Shown in pieces: positions 53,317 to 64,000 of a stretch of 64,000 nucleotides of DNA. The position numbers were made by a program, and so were the translations under genes. Source of the DNA: Trypanosoma brucei (Eukaryota); assembly GCA_000002445.1 (NCBI GenBank), contig CH464491.1, positions 544,001-608,000 of the forward strand, in the 5' to 3' direction. Position 1 is the first letter of the stretch. The number at the start of each line of letters is the position of its first letter. The notes under the pieces were generated by a model. That model worked only from the letters and a program-made list of their open reading frames with translations. It searched no databases and was not told the origin of the DNA.

Positions 53317-55245
53317 ATGCCGTCTGCTAGTTCCGGCTACACCTTTGCGGACTTCTTGCGGCGGTTGGAGCGCAGTCCCGACTCCCACATGGCGCCCCTA
53401 TACCACGAGCATCGTGAGCTCTTTGTGCGGCGCCATGATATGTTTGCGCGGGTTATTAGCAGTGTCACATGGTCAAAAGGTGTCGCACTGGTTGCTGCCG
53501 CGGGGTACACACAAGCCGTCAACGTGACGATCTATAGGGCGCTGCTGGCACGTATGTTGTTACATAACCGGCACGTACGGCAGTGCGGCGCTGGCTCCGT
53601 TGTTCCGTGGTCGGCTGCGCTGCGCACTTACAGTGAGGCCATTGCCACGCACGGAAATGCTGTGCCAACCCGGATGACGCTATCGGCGCTGCGGCTCTGC
53701 ACGCCAGCACGTCAATGGGTTGCCGCCATATCGTTGTTAATGTTGAGTCAAGCGAACGACAAATTGACGCTCCCGATGTTAATTGATGCAGCGGGGTGCT
53801 GCGCCACACCAGCTGCGTGGGAAAAAGCGATGACATTACTCGGAAGATTTCACGCGCAGTCACTTCAGGTTCTTCCGGACTCTATACAAAGTCTTAGACC
53901 TGTTGGAACAAGCGCTTCAACCGTGGATGCGGCAGCCCACGCTCTGTTGCCCCGCAGCGAGGGTCCTACGCCGGAGCAGAAGCACATATTGACGGTTATC
54001 AACAAGGTCGTGTCAGCTGTGCCGTGGCAGGTGGCATTGTCAAATGAAATGTGCAGGTCTTATCTCACTCACCTTGTGGCAAGTACAACACTGCGACCAA
54101 CGGAGAAGACGGCTTCTCTCACAACTGCTGTGCAACAACTTCCGTGGGAAGCTTTTGTTACACTGATGAAGACAGTTACGGCGACTGTTCAGGAAGGGTC
54201 GCAGGGTGTCTTGGGATCTCGTTCGACTCCCCAACTCCCACCGCCTCAGGATGGAATGGAGCGAGGGGACGTTGCCAAATCCCTGTTGAGCAACAGCATT
54301 ATTAGGGAGGGTGTAAACCTGCTTCAGAGCGAACCAGAAACCGCTATTCCCTTCATCACAACTATTCTTCACAAGCTACCATCTGCAGAGGCTGCGGCAC
54401 TGTTCCTCAGTGAGGCAACCTCAGCCTACCGGAACAGTTCAAGCGCCGTTGTGGCCGCTGCCATTCGCCATCCTGTTGTTGTGGGAGCTTTGTTGAAAAG
54501 GTGCGCTGATAGTAACTCATGGTACCTCGCAGCATCAATATTTAAATCAACCTCACCGACAGCAATTCCTTGTGACGTGGCTAGCGACCTTGTAATCCAA
54601 ATGCGGAGGGCAAATCAGGCACCACTGGTGGTGGATGTTCTGCAAAAGTACATTGTGCCATCGAGGACCAAACTAACGGAAGAGGCGATTGAGGCAGCGC
54701 TATTGTGTGTGCTGGTGCACAATCGGGCACTCGCGAAAGCCTCAGCCGTCGTCGCCGGCACTTCCCCCGACAATCGCACTGGAAAACCTAACGGAATCGG
54801 TGTTGCCAATGGTGTGCATTGGATATCAGCACTTAGTTGGGCCACTGACCTTTTGGAGGAGGGTGTGGAGTCGAGAATACTTCAGACCGGAACAACCCCT
54901 TCGGTAGGTGGTGTAAATCATGAAGACCCCACAGTGTTACTGCGGAAAAAGACATTATCGCCACGCATCCTGAGCCTTCTCATTTACATATGCGTAAATG
55001 CTGGGAGTCCACGTGGGGGTCTGTTTGCGCTGGGATACGCACGCACCGTCAGCAAAACGGAGCTCGAACTCTCAGAAGAGATTACAGCACTGTTGTATTG
55101 CATGATGTACGACCGTCCTCGTGAAGCGGAGAGTATCATTCAACACGCTGTGAAGAAACACGGGGAGTACAAGGGGAAATACCTTGGTAGGTTACTGGTG
55201 GCTTCGCAAGAGGCAAAGGGGTCCGCGCTGAGGAATCAAACTTGA
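53317..55245 (+). CDS. Hypothetical protein (alpha-helical repeat-like)
   Basis: 642 aa ORF with an ATG start. Ala/Leu-rich helical composition. No confident domain match. Confidence 0.55.
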   Translation: MPSASSGYTFADFLRRLERSPDSHMAPLYHEHRELFVRRHDMFARVISSVTWSKGVALVAAAGYTQAVNVTIYRALLARMLLHNRHVRQCGAGSVVPWSAALRTYSEAIATHGNAVPTRMTLSALRLCTPARQWVAAISLLMLSQANDKLTLPMLIDAAGCCATPAAWEKAMTLLGRFHAQSLQVLPDSIQSLRPVGTSASTVDAAAHALLPRSEGPTPEQKHILTVINKVVSAVPWQVALSNEMCRSYLTHLVASTTLRPTEKTASLTTAVQQLPWEAFVTLMKTVTATVQEGSQGVLGSRSTPQLPPPQDGMERGDVAKSLLSNSIIREGVNLLQSEPETAIPFITTILHKLPSAEAAALFLSEATSAYRNSSSAVVAAAIRHPVVVGALLKRCADSNSWYLAASIFKSTSPTAIPCDVASDLVIQMRRANQAPLVVDVLQKYIVPSRTKLTEEAIEAALLCVLVHNRALAKASAVVAGTSPDNRTGKPNGIGVANGVHWISALSWATDLLEEGVESRILQTGTTPSVGGVNHEDPTVLLRKKTLSPRILSLLIYICVNAGSPRGGLFALGYARTVSKTELELSEEITALLYCMMYDRPREAESIIQHAVKKHGEYKGKYLGRLLVASQEAKGSALRNQT

Positions 55246-55797
55246 ATCTTGAACCGTATCGTTTGTTGCGAACATCACTTATGATGTTCAGTTTGTGGGT
55301 ATGTGAAGGAAGGGAGGGGTATCATGGGTTTAAAAAAAGGCATATAAGCGTACTATTCCCCAGCCGACTCCCTTTGCGTGTTCTTTTCTTCTTGTCACTC
55401 AGTTCATTTGTTTGTGCCTGTGCTTGTGTGCCACGGTGGTGGCGATTGGCTAACTCGGGGTTGAAGCATCATCAACACGGAGGCCACGACATGCGACGTT
55501 GATGTCATTTCACCATGTTGTCATGTTGATAAGTCGCTTTCAAGGTCCTGTTTTCATCTCGTTTCTTGCCTTTTCTTCTTACTTTTGTAACTTCCTCTTT
55601 TCCTGCTGTTGGTTGCTGGTGTGGGTAAAGCAGAGGTTAGGAAGAGGTGAGACAAGGTAGCACCATTATCCAAGTTTGTGTGTGGATTTTTGAAGGCTGC
55701 GCTCTAGTGAAAGCGAGGAGGAAAATAAAAAAATACACACACACACATATATATATATACATCAAAACGAAGGACGTGTAATCGTGCCCAGTAACAG

Positions 55798-56097
55798 ATG
55801 AGCGAGCAACGAGTTTCACAACCCAAAACTCCGGTAAGCAATGAGGAGAAGTGGGATCATAGTTTGGAGAATTTTTTTCGCAAGACAACACTAGGACTCG
55901 CCTACAGCATCTTGCCTGCATTTCTGCTGGCTCGGTCTGCAGCTGCCCGCGGAGCCATTCTCATGTTCGCCACCGGTATCGGCTCAGGTATTGCTTATGG
56001 TGAGGCGCGCTATCTTTTTGACCACGATGTTGTGTTTGACAGAAGACATTTAGTACATATCGAGCTACTGAAACCCAAGGAGTCGAAAATCAATTAA
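55798..56097 (+). CDS. Small two-TM protein with glycine-zipper (GIGSGIAYG), possible Mic10-like
   Basis: 99 aa with two hydrophobic segments. The second contains a GxGxGxxxG glycine zipper reminiscent of the MICOS Mic10 GxGxGxG motif. Confidence 0.35.
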   Translation: MSEQRVSQPKTPVSNEEKWDHSLENFFRKTTLGLAYSILPAFLLARSAAARGAILMFATGIGSGIAYGEARYLFDHDVVFDRRHLVHIELLKPKESKIN

Positions 56098-57311
56098 GAA
56101 AAGTGACGTATGAACGTTTCACATCCGAGTTTTGTTTGTAACTCCGATGTGTCGGACGCCAAACAGACTTATGGGGGTAATGCAAGGCGAAGGTCAGTGT
56201 GAAGAGGCCATTGAGCAGGGGAGGGGGACGCACATGTTGAGTGGTGTGTGCGTGTGTGTGGAGTGAAGTAAAGGAATGCATAAACGGAAGAATATGATTC
56301 CCACCAACAATGCGCTCCAGAATGTTTTTTTGTTTTTGCGTGTGTGTGACAATGAACGTGCCGAGTGGCATGGGGGTGTTTTACTTTTTAGTCCGCGCGA
56401 AGGCAACTACCACCGCGAACAGCAATAGTCTCACCCCTCCTTTTCATTTTGTTACTGTTCTTTGGTGTCGTTCCTGTGTGACCGATGCCTGCCTTGTATG
56501 CCGGTAATGTACACCGCAGAGGGGGATGCAAAATGTGTTTTGACATTCTGTTAGTTAGGGAAATTACCGGTGCTGTTCTGCAAAATTTCGAAACACTTGA
56601 CCGCCGGTTCTTTGCAACGGGGTTATTTATTCTGTCTTCTCTCCCTCGGTCTTTATCCACTCTTCTTTAGGTATTACCCGCTGTTGCATATAGTCTGAGT
56701 AAACTGTGGACGTGAAAATGTAAAAGCAACTACAAATGTTTCTCCATGTAGAATTAAAAAAGACGCCACAAGTGTTAGAGATGCGCATTCCCAGTAGCAG
56801 GTAAAGGGGTGGGCTGTTGGTTCTCAATCTGGGTTGTTCCCCCATGAGTATCTGCCTTATTATTATTATTATTTTTGCTCTGTGTTGACCCTTCTCTCAC
56901 ATGCGGGCTACAGTTTCTGCACTGTTGTCTTATGGTGGCGGTGTGTTCATGCGTGCTCGTGACGGTATCGTGTGTGGGAGCAACGCTGCTCTTATAAGCC
57001 GATCTGTCGGTGCTTGTTGTGTTATTAATGTTTTACCCCCCAAAAAATATTTGATTAATTATCTGGCTTTGTGGGAGGTTTATGGAGGAGCGAAGGAACC
57101 GCGCCAACACTCATGGATGCAAAGGAGACAAGAAATTCCTCTCCTTTCCCTTGCCAATTTTTGCACCATTTTGCTTCATTTAACTTTTCATTCCCCATGT
57201 TTCGCCTCCTAATTGCGCATTTTTTACCTTTATAAATGATTTCTCAACACTCAGGGGCGGACAGGCGTTTCAAAAACAACAACAACAACATACAGGAAGG
57301 AAGGAAGGGAA

Positions 57312-57710
57312 ATGTCCACCTCACATGGCATGCTGATTTACAACAATGATATCACTGCTGATAGCCTTCTGGACACGAAGGACTGCCGTAAAATTGTGGA
57401 GGAAGTGTCCAGTAAGATGCCCAACTCCTCCCTTTTCAAACTGGACAGAGAGGACCACACTTTAGCCAACCTTCTTCGCATGCGATTGCACGAGAACCCA
57501 CTTGTGCATATTGCAGGTTATCGCGTGCCACATCCCACGCAACACCGTGTAGAGCTACGCGTTCAGACATCCTCCGATGGCACCGGAAAGCCCATTCCAA
57601 CTCCGAAGGAAGCACTCCTGGAGGCGGTCGGATCGTGCATGAAAGACCTTGAGGAATTTGAAGGGGCGTTCCTTCGCGAAGCGCAGAGCAAAGGTTTGGA
57701 TGTTGAATAG
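57312..57710 (+). CDS. RPB11: DNA-directed RNA polymerase subunit RPB11 (RBP11/AC19 family)
   Basis: LFKLDREDHTLANLLRMRLHENPLVHIAGYRVPHPTQHRVELRVQT matches POLR2J [47 protein letters not shown]. Confidence 0.85.
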   Translation: MSTSHGMLIYNNDITADSLLDTKDCRKIVEEVSSKMPNSSLFKLDREDHTLANLLRMRLHENPLVHIAGYRVPHPTQHRVELRVQTSSDGTGKPIPTPKEALLEAVGSCMKDLEEFEGAFLREAQSKGLDVE

Positions 57711-58696
57711 GGGGAGCGGTTCTTCCCATCTGTAGCATCAACTCTGATCTCCTCGTGCCTACATGAGTGCACTCGTATATGGCCCAGAGATAAAAGAGTT
57801 TCTGGGGAGTGATGGATAATGGAAGCAGGAGGTATTTCCTTGCAACTCTTTGTCTTTTCCGTTTTCTCCTTCCCTCCACAAAGTTCTCGCGTAGGTGTTG
57901 CTGCGCGTGAGTGCCACGCAGTACGCGTGCAATGGGGTAGGGTTTGCCTAGATGTGCGAATGCCAGTGTGCGATTGAGAGTTGCTTCGTTACCCCTGCCT
58001 CCGTTAGTTGATACTATTTGTGAACCAAGTTCATTTTCCTTTGGCCTATATTTCCATATTCTTGGTGAAGTTGTAGTGCCATTAGTTATCTATAGGAATC
58101 CGCGCATAACTCAGCTGCCGTTGCGCATTTTTTTGGGTTTAGCTTGTTGAGTGAACAAACTATTATCCCTCCGTGCCGCTACCAAATCCACAAGCGAAAG
58201 TGAGGCGCAGAAACTTGTGTTGAAATTGCTGCGTGACTTTTCTTGTTTTTCATTTTGTGCTAAAATATACACAGTAACGGCGCCAATGAGTTGAAGGTGA
58301 TTTAAGTTCGATCTGGATACTCTTGCTTGCAACTCTCGGAACTTTATATGACGGCAATTGTGTTCGTGTGCGCGATCAGGACATGAAAGTGTTCACATGG
58401 AAGCAAGGGTCACGCTACCAAATCATAATTAGTTAAGAGCACACCCTGAAACAAACAGCTATGAAGATAAAAATATATGTTTACGGTTAATATCTGGACT
58501 CACTCAGCGCATACACTGGCGTACCAACAGGTTGTACTTGGCATGCGCTTGATTTGACGTTTATTTGCACTTCCTCTTGTTGGGCGACGCTGCTCTTCAC
58601 CTTGCTACTGCATTTCTAGGTTGTTTTTAGTTCCGCCGGCTTTGTGTGGTTTCTGTTACATCGGTAGCCTTGCGTTCGTGCGGTTGGACGAGTGTG

Positions 58697-61600
58697 ATGG
58701 CTGGAACCCAGGCAGCAGTGGACTACACCAAAGTGTTGGTGAAGAATACAGTAAGGTTCATCCTCTTAGTTCTGTTTCTCATATCTCTCGTTGTCTCGTT
58801 ACTCCTATGCATGCTTGCTGACATCTTTCAAGCCTACGCCCCCGTCTTCCCATTGTGGCCAATGGTTTTTGCGAGCGTTGCGCTAAACGTTGCGTGTGCT
58901 GTTTCGACTTCGTTGTATCATCGAGTAACGTGCAAGGCTTCTCGTTCTTATAAGAGCTCCGGAAGCAACCATGCATATTTGGCAATGCAAGGTTTCGGGT
59001 ACGGTTTGCTTTTTATTTGTCCGGCGGTGCTGTTCTTATATATTGAACTTTTAGCTTCCCCTGTTGCCGTCTACCGCTACGGATTGATAACAGCACTGGG
59101 TGGTTCATGTGCCGTGGCAAATGGGCTATTGATCGCATCTTTGCGGTACTCCGAAAAGACTCAGCGGCGAGTGAAAGAAGGTGGACTTGGGGGAGGCGAG
59201 AGGCCACAGCGCGACTCCGGTCTGTGGAGGAGACGTTTGTTATTGCTTCCAGACGGCGAGACAGCCATTGTCGTTTTGCTTTGTATCATTGCTCTCACGT
59301 GTTCTATTATTGCGGAGTATTTTACGCACCTGCGCCGTGCGTTGACCATTGTGGGCATGTTGCTTCTCGTAGTTAGTGCGGCTATCACTCGTGTTGGCAC
59401 TGGGTATCGGTCTGCTACCGGCGAGCACCCCTTCTCGATCTCTAGGTGCAGCTTCAGAACGGGTATTGTTCAAGGGCTTGGTTGGTTTCTGGGTGGGGCA
59501 ACGTTGTGTTTCGATTTGGTTTTGTGTAATTCAGGTGCGGGCGCACCTCCGTCTTGGCATATCATCAGTGGGTTAAGTTCGATGGTGAGCGTTGCTGCAC
59601 TCCTGTTTGCAAGGTTTCACCGCTTCACAGAACCTACATTCAAACAAGGCTTGCAGTTGTCCAGTGATGGACCCTACGTAATGACAGCAACAAGTCTATT
59701 TCAACTTACTTTTGTGTGGTGTTTAACGTTACTACTATCTACGGAGTACTGCGAACTAGGTATGCAGTTGAGGCAGGGGCTGATTACGTGTCAAACCCTC
59801 ACAGCGGTATCCATGTTTGCCCTGCCTCTTTGCACTCACTTTCTTGGCCGTGTTGTGTTCGGCAAGGAGTACGGAATATGGATAAGTCTTGACTGCCGGT
59901 TAGAATTCGCAATCTTGCAGCGGTTGGCGTGGTTTTGCTACAGCATAGCCATTTTCTTCGCCGTACTTCACATGACGGAGTCCAACCACTTCAGGTTCGT
60001 TGTCATACAGGCCCTACTGGTCGGAGTTTCTCAATGCCTTGTACATGCGTCGCTTTGGGCATTCGGTGGGGGAACATTGGGGAGATATTCAAGCGATGTT
60101 GAAGATCAAGAGTCTTTATCACGTACTACTTCCACCAAATCCACTTCACAGGAGGAAGACTCAGAGGGGGAAGCCTCCGTATCTTATGAGGGCGGTCGCT
60201 CTGCTCTACCTCTAGTACTGAATGCAGAGATGGTCACCGCCATTGCGGTCTGCGTGTGCGGGATTGCTCTTCGGCTTGTTGCCGATGTGGAGTCCATGGA
60301 TGGCGCATTTGTCGGTGCTCTGTTGGGTGTTCCCCGGAAATCGCTTCTGAATCTTGCAAGGGTCATGGCCACTGTTGCGGTACCGCTTGCTCATATTTCA
60401 TCCAGGGACCGTGTTCCTTTGTGGCAGCCATTTGTTGGCTGTGGTGGTTATGTTTCTATGCAAGCGGTGGGGTGGTCCGTTTACGCGATCAATACGTTGA
60501 TTGAGGCCGCCAATTACTTTCATGAGGAACGCCGGAGTCTTGCGTCTCCGGTATTTGGAACTCAATCTATGCCATTGGAACACACAGTGGATGGTGTATG
60601 CGCTACCGTCCCGTTTATTTGCATATTCCTGGGCTCCTTATTTGAAACATGGGCCCAACAAAGCGAGAAAATTCATCAGCGGAAGATGCAACAGAAGATC
60701 GTGGAGCTTAACAGCTTACTACAGCATGTCATTGCCGATCCGGAGGATCGGGAGCGGACGAAGTCACTTTTGAAGGTTGTAATTGGCCCTCGGTGGAAAG
60801 ATTTGAGAAGTAGCGGAAGTTCCGACGAGGACGAACGCGCCGAGGAGGTGGAAACAAGAAAGGAGGGCATGAGAAATATCGTAGCCATTCTCTGCGTCTG
60901 TGTAATGATGTTGTTTGCGACTTCCGCGTTTTCAGCAACGCACCAACCCGCCTTTACACTTATATTCGGGATATCAGGTATGATGATGACGAGTGTATCG
61001 TGTTTTTCGCTGCAACTTTTTTACGGATCGATCGTGCACGGGGCCACCGGAACCTATTCGTACTTTATGCCATTTTCTGGTGGGCAAAAGTTTGTTGCAT
61101 TCCAGACTGCTGGGTGGTCTTGTTACGCGGCTGCACTATTGTTAATTCTAATAAGTTGTCTCGAAGGTCGCGGTTCGCCCACTGCCTTCGTTTGCATGGG
61201 TTTCTTTAGTGTCGCGGCACAGTTTTTGATTTTGAATTCTATTCCGCATTTTGATTCCACTCCGAGACCGGCTTCGTTGTTGGAACAAAATGCGGAAGCG
61301 GCGCTTGCCGTGTTTGCGCTCGTTGGTTCCTTTACTTTTGGTGTTGTATGGAACGCCTACACAGGCGGTGGCATTCCAGGGCAGGCGCCATCCCCGCTCC
61401 CCATTATTGTTACAGCTATTGCCGCATCGTGTGCTGCACCATTGGGAATCGTGTCTTTGAAGCGCCACATGGAGCGTTCCGCCATGTTCGCCGTCGCTGA
61501 TGGACTGGAAAGTTCCTCCGAGGCAAGTGACGGTGAAGAGGAAATACGCAGTGATGGCCACACGGATGCAATCGCCCATGTAAGTAATGGGAGTGGACAC

Positions 61601-63271
61601 CAGTTCCCCTCTTCATTGATGCAGGGCCAAGTAAACACCGGTGTCGACTCGGAGCGAGGGACAAATGATTCCTTCGACACCCAAGCATCCCGCTCCTTTC
61701 CAGGATCCACCGGATCGTTCGGGAGTGGCAAGCGGTGCCGCTCAGTGCAGCACATGGAGGTCATACCGGGCACATTGTACACGATTTGTCTCATTTTGGC
61801 GCTGCTTGCTACACTGATTTGGGTTATATTCGTCCCGATAGTTCTCTTCTATATGTTCTACTCGTACGCCTACAGTGGACTTGCCGTATTTCACATGACG
61901 TTTACGACATTTCACATTGTGTTGTTCCTGCTTTCCATTGCGGTTGTTACCCCGGTGCTCGTCCAAATAATTTACGACAGACGATGTAAGGGTCTTCGGG
62001 GGAAGTTCTGGAGCCCTCTAGTTGCTTTTACTGTGTACTCCCTACCAACAATTGTGGTTTCAACGGTGCTTGTTGTCTGGACTCAGGTGGACACAATGGG
62101 GGCCGAGGTTTTTGCCCTAAACATGGTATTCATGAGTTGCCTTTCGTTCCTTTCGTGTGCTTATCTGGTGGCGTCACTCTTTAACACATGTTTCCTCGGA
62201 TATGTGCTGCACTTTTATCTCTACACATGTTTGGTTCAGGGGTTGGCGCCTCTTGTCGTTTGGAAGTGCGTCACGGACGTCGGGTTTACAGTGTTTTGGT
62301 TGTGGTACTTACGAGGTTACGGTAAGCTCCCTCACATCACTGGATGCATGTGCGGTGCCAAATCGCGGGACTTGTTCCGTACCTATTTATCACCTGCCAT
62401 TGTCGATTACTTCAGTGCGCGTCTTATTGTTGATGGGAGGGGGAAGGCTGGAAGGGGTAAAACGGTTATATACAGTAATTCCGAGGGGGAGGAGGAAAAT
62501 GCTGGACCTGATCACAATGATCCGTCAAACAAATACATTTATTCCTTTCATCCGCATGGTGTTTTCCCCGGCACCGCACTCTGGTTGCCGATGTCACCGC
62601 AGTGGGAGGAACTGATCGGCCGCAACGAGGAGACCATTGTCACAACACACGGTGCAGATGTGATTTTTGCCGTCCCGTTCATGCGTGACGCGCTTATGTC
62701 AGTTGGCACCATGAGTGTATCGAGGAAAGGAATTGAGAACTGTCTTAAGCAAAACAACAGCCCTATTATTGTGACTGGTGGGATGGCGGAAATGGTGTAT
62801 CAGAAGGGTAGTGACACCGAAATGCACATCGTCATGCATCACAGCGGGTTTGTTCGAATGGCTCTGCAGCATGGGGTGCCTATTGTGCCTATCCTTTGTT
62901 TCGCCGAGCAAAATGTAATGATGAATGTTCCCTTTCCACGTCTACAGAGACTCACCTCGAGAAAGCTTGGCTTTCCATTTCCCACAATGCCGTATGGGAG
63001 ATGGTTTCTTCCCCTTCCACATGCACGGCCACTCACCGTAGTGGTGGGTAAACCAATTCTTCCAGATCCTGCGATGTGCAATGCTGATGACCCTGATCAT
63101 GTAGTACACTACAGACTCCGCTATTTTGGTGAATTGCAGCGGCTTTTCTTCAAGTATCGTGATGAAGCCGGATACCCCAACATGGTGCTTCATCTCCACT
63201 GCCACAACGAGACGCATATTGTGACAGAATTTAAAGGGTCGGAATCAGTTAAAGATGATCAAAACCAATGA
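58697..63271 (+). CDS. Giant polytopic membrane protein with C-terminal DGAT2-type (diacylglycerol O-acyltransferase 2/MGAT family) domain
   Basis: C-terminal ~300 aa carry the DGAT2-family signatures FHPHGVF, a GGxxE-type GGMAEM, and RSGFVRMALQHGVPIVP (compare the RxGFVKLAL region). The preceding ~1200 aa contain four blocks of multiple TM helices separated by S/D/E-rich linkers. Track start is GTG; the first ATG is at 58697. Confidence 0.8.
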   Translation: MAGTQAAVDYTKVLVKNTVRFILLVLFLISLVVSLLLCMLADIFQAYAPVFPLWPMVFASVALNVACAVSTSLYHRVTCKASRSYKSSGSNHAYLAMQGFGYGLLFICPAVLFLYIELLASPVAVYRYGLITALGGSCAVANGLLIASLRYSEKTQRRVKEGGLGGGERPQRDSGLWRRRLLLLPDGETAIVVLLCIIALTCSIIAEYFTHLRRALTIVGMLLLVVSAAITRVGTGYRSATGEHPFSISRCSFRTGIVQGLGWFLGGATLCFDLVLCNSGAGAPPSWHIISGLSSMVSVAALLFARFHRFTEPTFKQGLQLSSDGPYVMTATSLFQLTFVWCLTLLLSTEYCELGMQLRQGLITCQTLTAVSMFALPLCTHFLGRVVFGKEYGIWISLDCRLEFAILQRLAWFCYSIAIFFAVLHMTESNHFRFVVIQALLVGVSQCLVHASLWAFGGGTLGRYSSDVEDQESLSRTTSTKSTSQEEDSEGEASVSYEGGRSALPLVLNAEMVTAIAVCVCGIALRLVADVESMDGAFVGALLGVPRKSLLNLARVMATVAVPLAHISSRDRVPLWQPFVGCGGYVSMQAVGWSVYAINTLIEAANYFHEERRSLASPVFGTQSMPLEHTVDGVCATVPFICIFLGSLFETWAQQSEKIHQRKMQQKIVELNSLLQHVIADPEDRERTKSLLKVVIGPRWKDLRSSGSSDEDERAEEVETRKEGMRNIVAILCVCVMMLFATSAFSATHQPAFTLIFGISGMMMTSVSCFSLQLFYGSIVHGATGTYSYFMPFSGGQKFVAFQTAGWSCYAAALLLILISCLEGRGSPTAFVCMGFFSVAAQFLILNSIPHFDSTPRPASLLEQNAEAALAVFALVGSFTFGVVWNAYTGGGIPGQAPSPLPIIVTAIAASCAAPLGIVSLKRHMERSAMFAVADGLESSSEASDGEEEIRSDGHTDAIAHVSNGSGHQFPSSLMQGQVNTGVDSERGTNDSFDTQASRSFPGSTGSFGSGKRCRSVQHMEVIPGTLYTICLILALLATLIWVIFVPIVLFYMFYSYAYSGLAVFHMTFTTFHIVLFLLSIAVVTPVLVQIIYDRRCKGLRGKFWSPLVAFTVYSLPTIVVSTVLVVWTQVDTMGAEVFALNMVFMSCLSFLSCAYLVASLFNTCFLGYVLHFYLYTCLVQGLAPLVVWKCVTDVGFTVFWLWYLRGYGKLPHITGCMCGAKSRDLFRTYLSPAIVDYFSARLIVDGRGKAGRGKTVIYSNSEGEEENAGPDHNDPSNKYIYSFHPHGVFPGTALWLPMSPQWEELIGRNEETIVTTHGADVIFAVPFMRDALMSVGTMSVSRKGIENCLKQNNSPIIVTGGMAEMVYQKGSDTEMHIVMHHSGFVRMALQHGVPIVPILCFAEQNVMMNVPFPRLQRLTSRKLGFPFPTMPYGRWFLPLPHARPLTVVVGKPILPDPAMCNADDPDHVVHYRLRYFGELQRLFFKYRDEAGYPNMVLHLHCHNETHIVTEFKGSESVKDDQNQ

Positions 63272-64000
63272 ACTGGTGATTGTCACAATCGGGGTTCAAT
63301 ACACTCTAATCCTTTCATGCTGTAGTTGTAAGGGGGGAGGTGCAGTGGTGAGCGCTTCGGGTAAGTAAGTACACAAATAATGTAATTTTTTTTTTTCGGT
63401 GAGGGGGAGAGAAGGGGGGGGGGAAAACGCTAGCATGGCGGCCGAGGTTTATTTTTGTAAAAAGCTGGAGTTAAGCCCGTGTGTGTGTGTGTGTGCGGAC
63501 GGTGGCGGCTTTTGTGGCGGTCATGCTGTTTTGTTTCATCGCATCTCCGCGTTTAACTTCTTTTATTTTCTTTTTTTCATTCATTCCTTTCCTATTTTTC
63601 GCCGCCGTTACCACCTCCACCATTTTTGTCCACTTCCCCCAATACTGCCACTGTTAATGTTTGTTCCTCTCCACATCGAAACATCTTCCTGCTTGCATTT
63701 ACTTGTCCCTTATGTTTTGCGCTGCTCTTGTTGTTCATTATTGTGAGGACAGTTGCATATTCATCTCATGTTTCGTTTTTCTTGTGCTGTCGTCCATTAC
63801 TTTTTTGTTTTGTTATGTTTTGTTTGTCTTATTTGTCCTTCTGTTTATTGTTTGTTAACTCTGTTTTTTTTTTCCGTTTTGGAAACAATGCGGAGTTGCC
63901 GCCGAAAGATATTTTTCGCAAGTAGTGTTTTTCATTTTTCATTTTGTGTTTTCTTTCTTTTTTTTTTTGATTGTCTTCTTCTTGTAAATGTCTTGTGTTT

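Noticed and set aside
3001-58697. N-terminal extensions in the supplied ORF track beginning with GTG/TTG (for example 3001, 6551, 7326, 18657, 20332, 21836, 24020, 32015, 34317, 36803, 41384, 58646)
   Set aside because: The track was evidently built with a bacterial start-codon table. This is eukaryotic (kinetoplastid) DNA, so CDS starts were moved to the first in-frame ATG downstream of the polypyrimidine/AG signal.
1-64000. Search for prokaryotic-style novel systems (CRISPR arrays, toxin-antitoxin, defence operons, integrons)
   Set aside because: Sequence composition, gene content (proteasome, ESCRT, Pol II subunit, P0 with [13 protein letters not shown] tail) and the polypyrimidine-tract/AG intergenic architecture show a eukaryotic kinetoplastid genome. 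There are no direct-repeat/spacer arrays.

Overview
This 64 kb window looks like nuclear DNA from a kinetoplastid, and its gene content and organisation are most consistent with a Trypanosoma brucei-group chromosome. After an ORF-poor ~3 kb leader, every credible gene (about 29) lies on the + strand, which fits a single polycistronic transcription unit. The intergenic regions are a few hundred to ~2500 bp long, carry polypyrimidine tracts followed by AG (trans-splicing/polyadenylation signals), and contain (TA)n, (CA)n and poly-G microsatellites. I found no prokaryotic systems, no CRISPR and no obvious tRNA or rRNA.

The supplied ORF track uses bacterial-type alternative start codons (GTG, TTG), so I moved several N-termini to the first in-frame ATG.

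Recognisable products are a USP-type ubiquitin hydrolase, a degenerate RNase III-like protein, an RNI-like LRR protein and a CCCH/RGG/helicase-C protein (ZC3H41-like). Also recognisable are arginyl-tRNA synthetase, an F-box+JmjC (JMJD6-like) oxygenase, an STE-like protein kinase and two tandem identical 60S acidic ribosomal protein P0 genes. The same holds for choline/ethanolamine kinase, ESCRT-III Vps2/CHMP2, a CBF/Mak21 (Noc1-like) nucleolar protein, proteasome lid subunit RPN3, a steroid-5-alpha-reductase-family protein and RNA polymerase subunit RPB11.

The most interesting hypotheticals are a Schlafen/AlbA_2-like domain protein, a 1113 aa protein with tandem cyclic-nucleotide-binding-like domains, and a 1524 aa polytopic membrane protein ending in a DGAT2-type acyltransferase domain.
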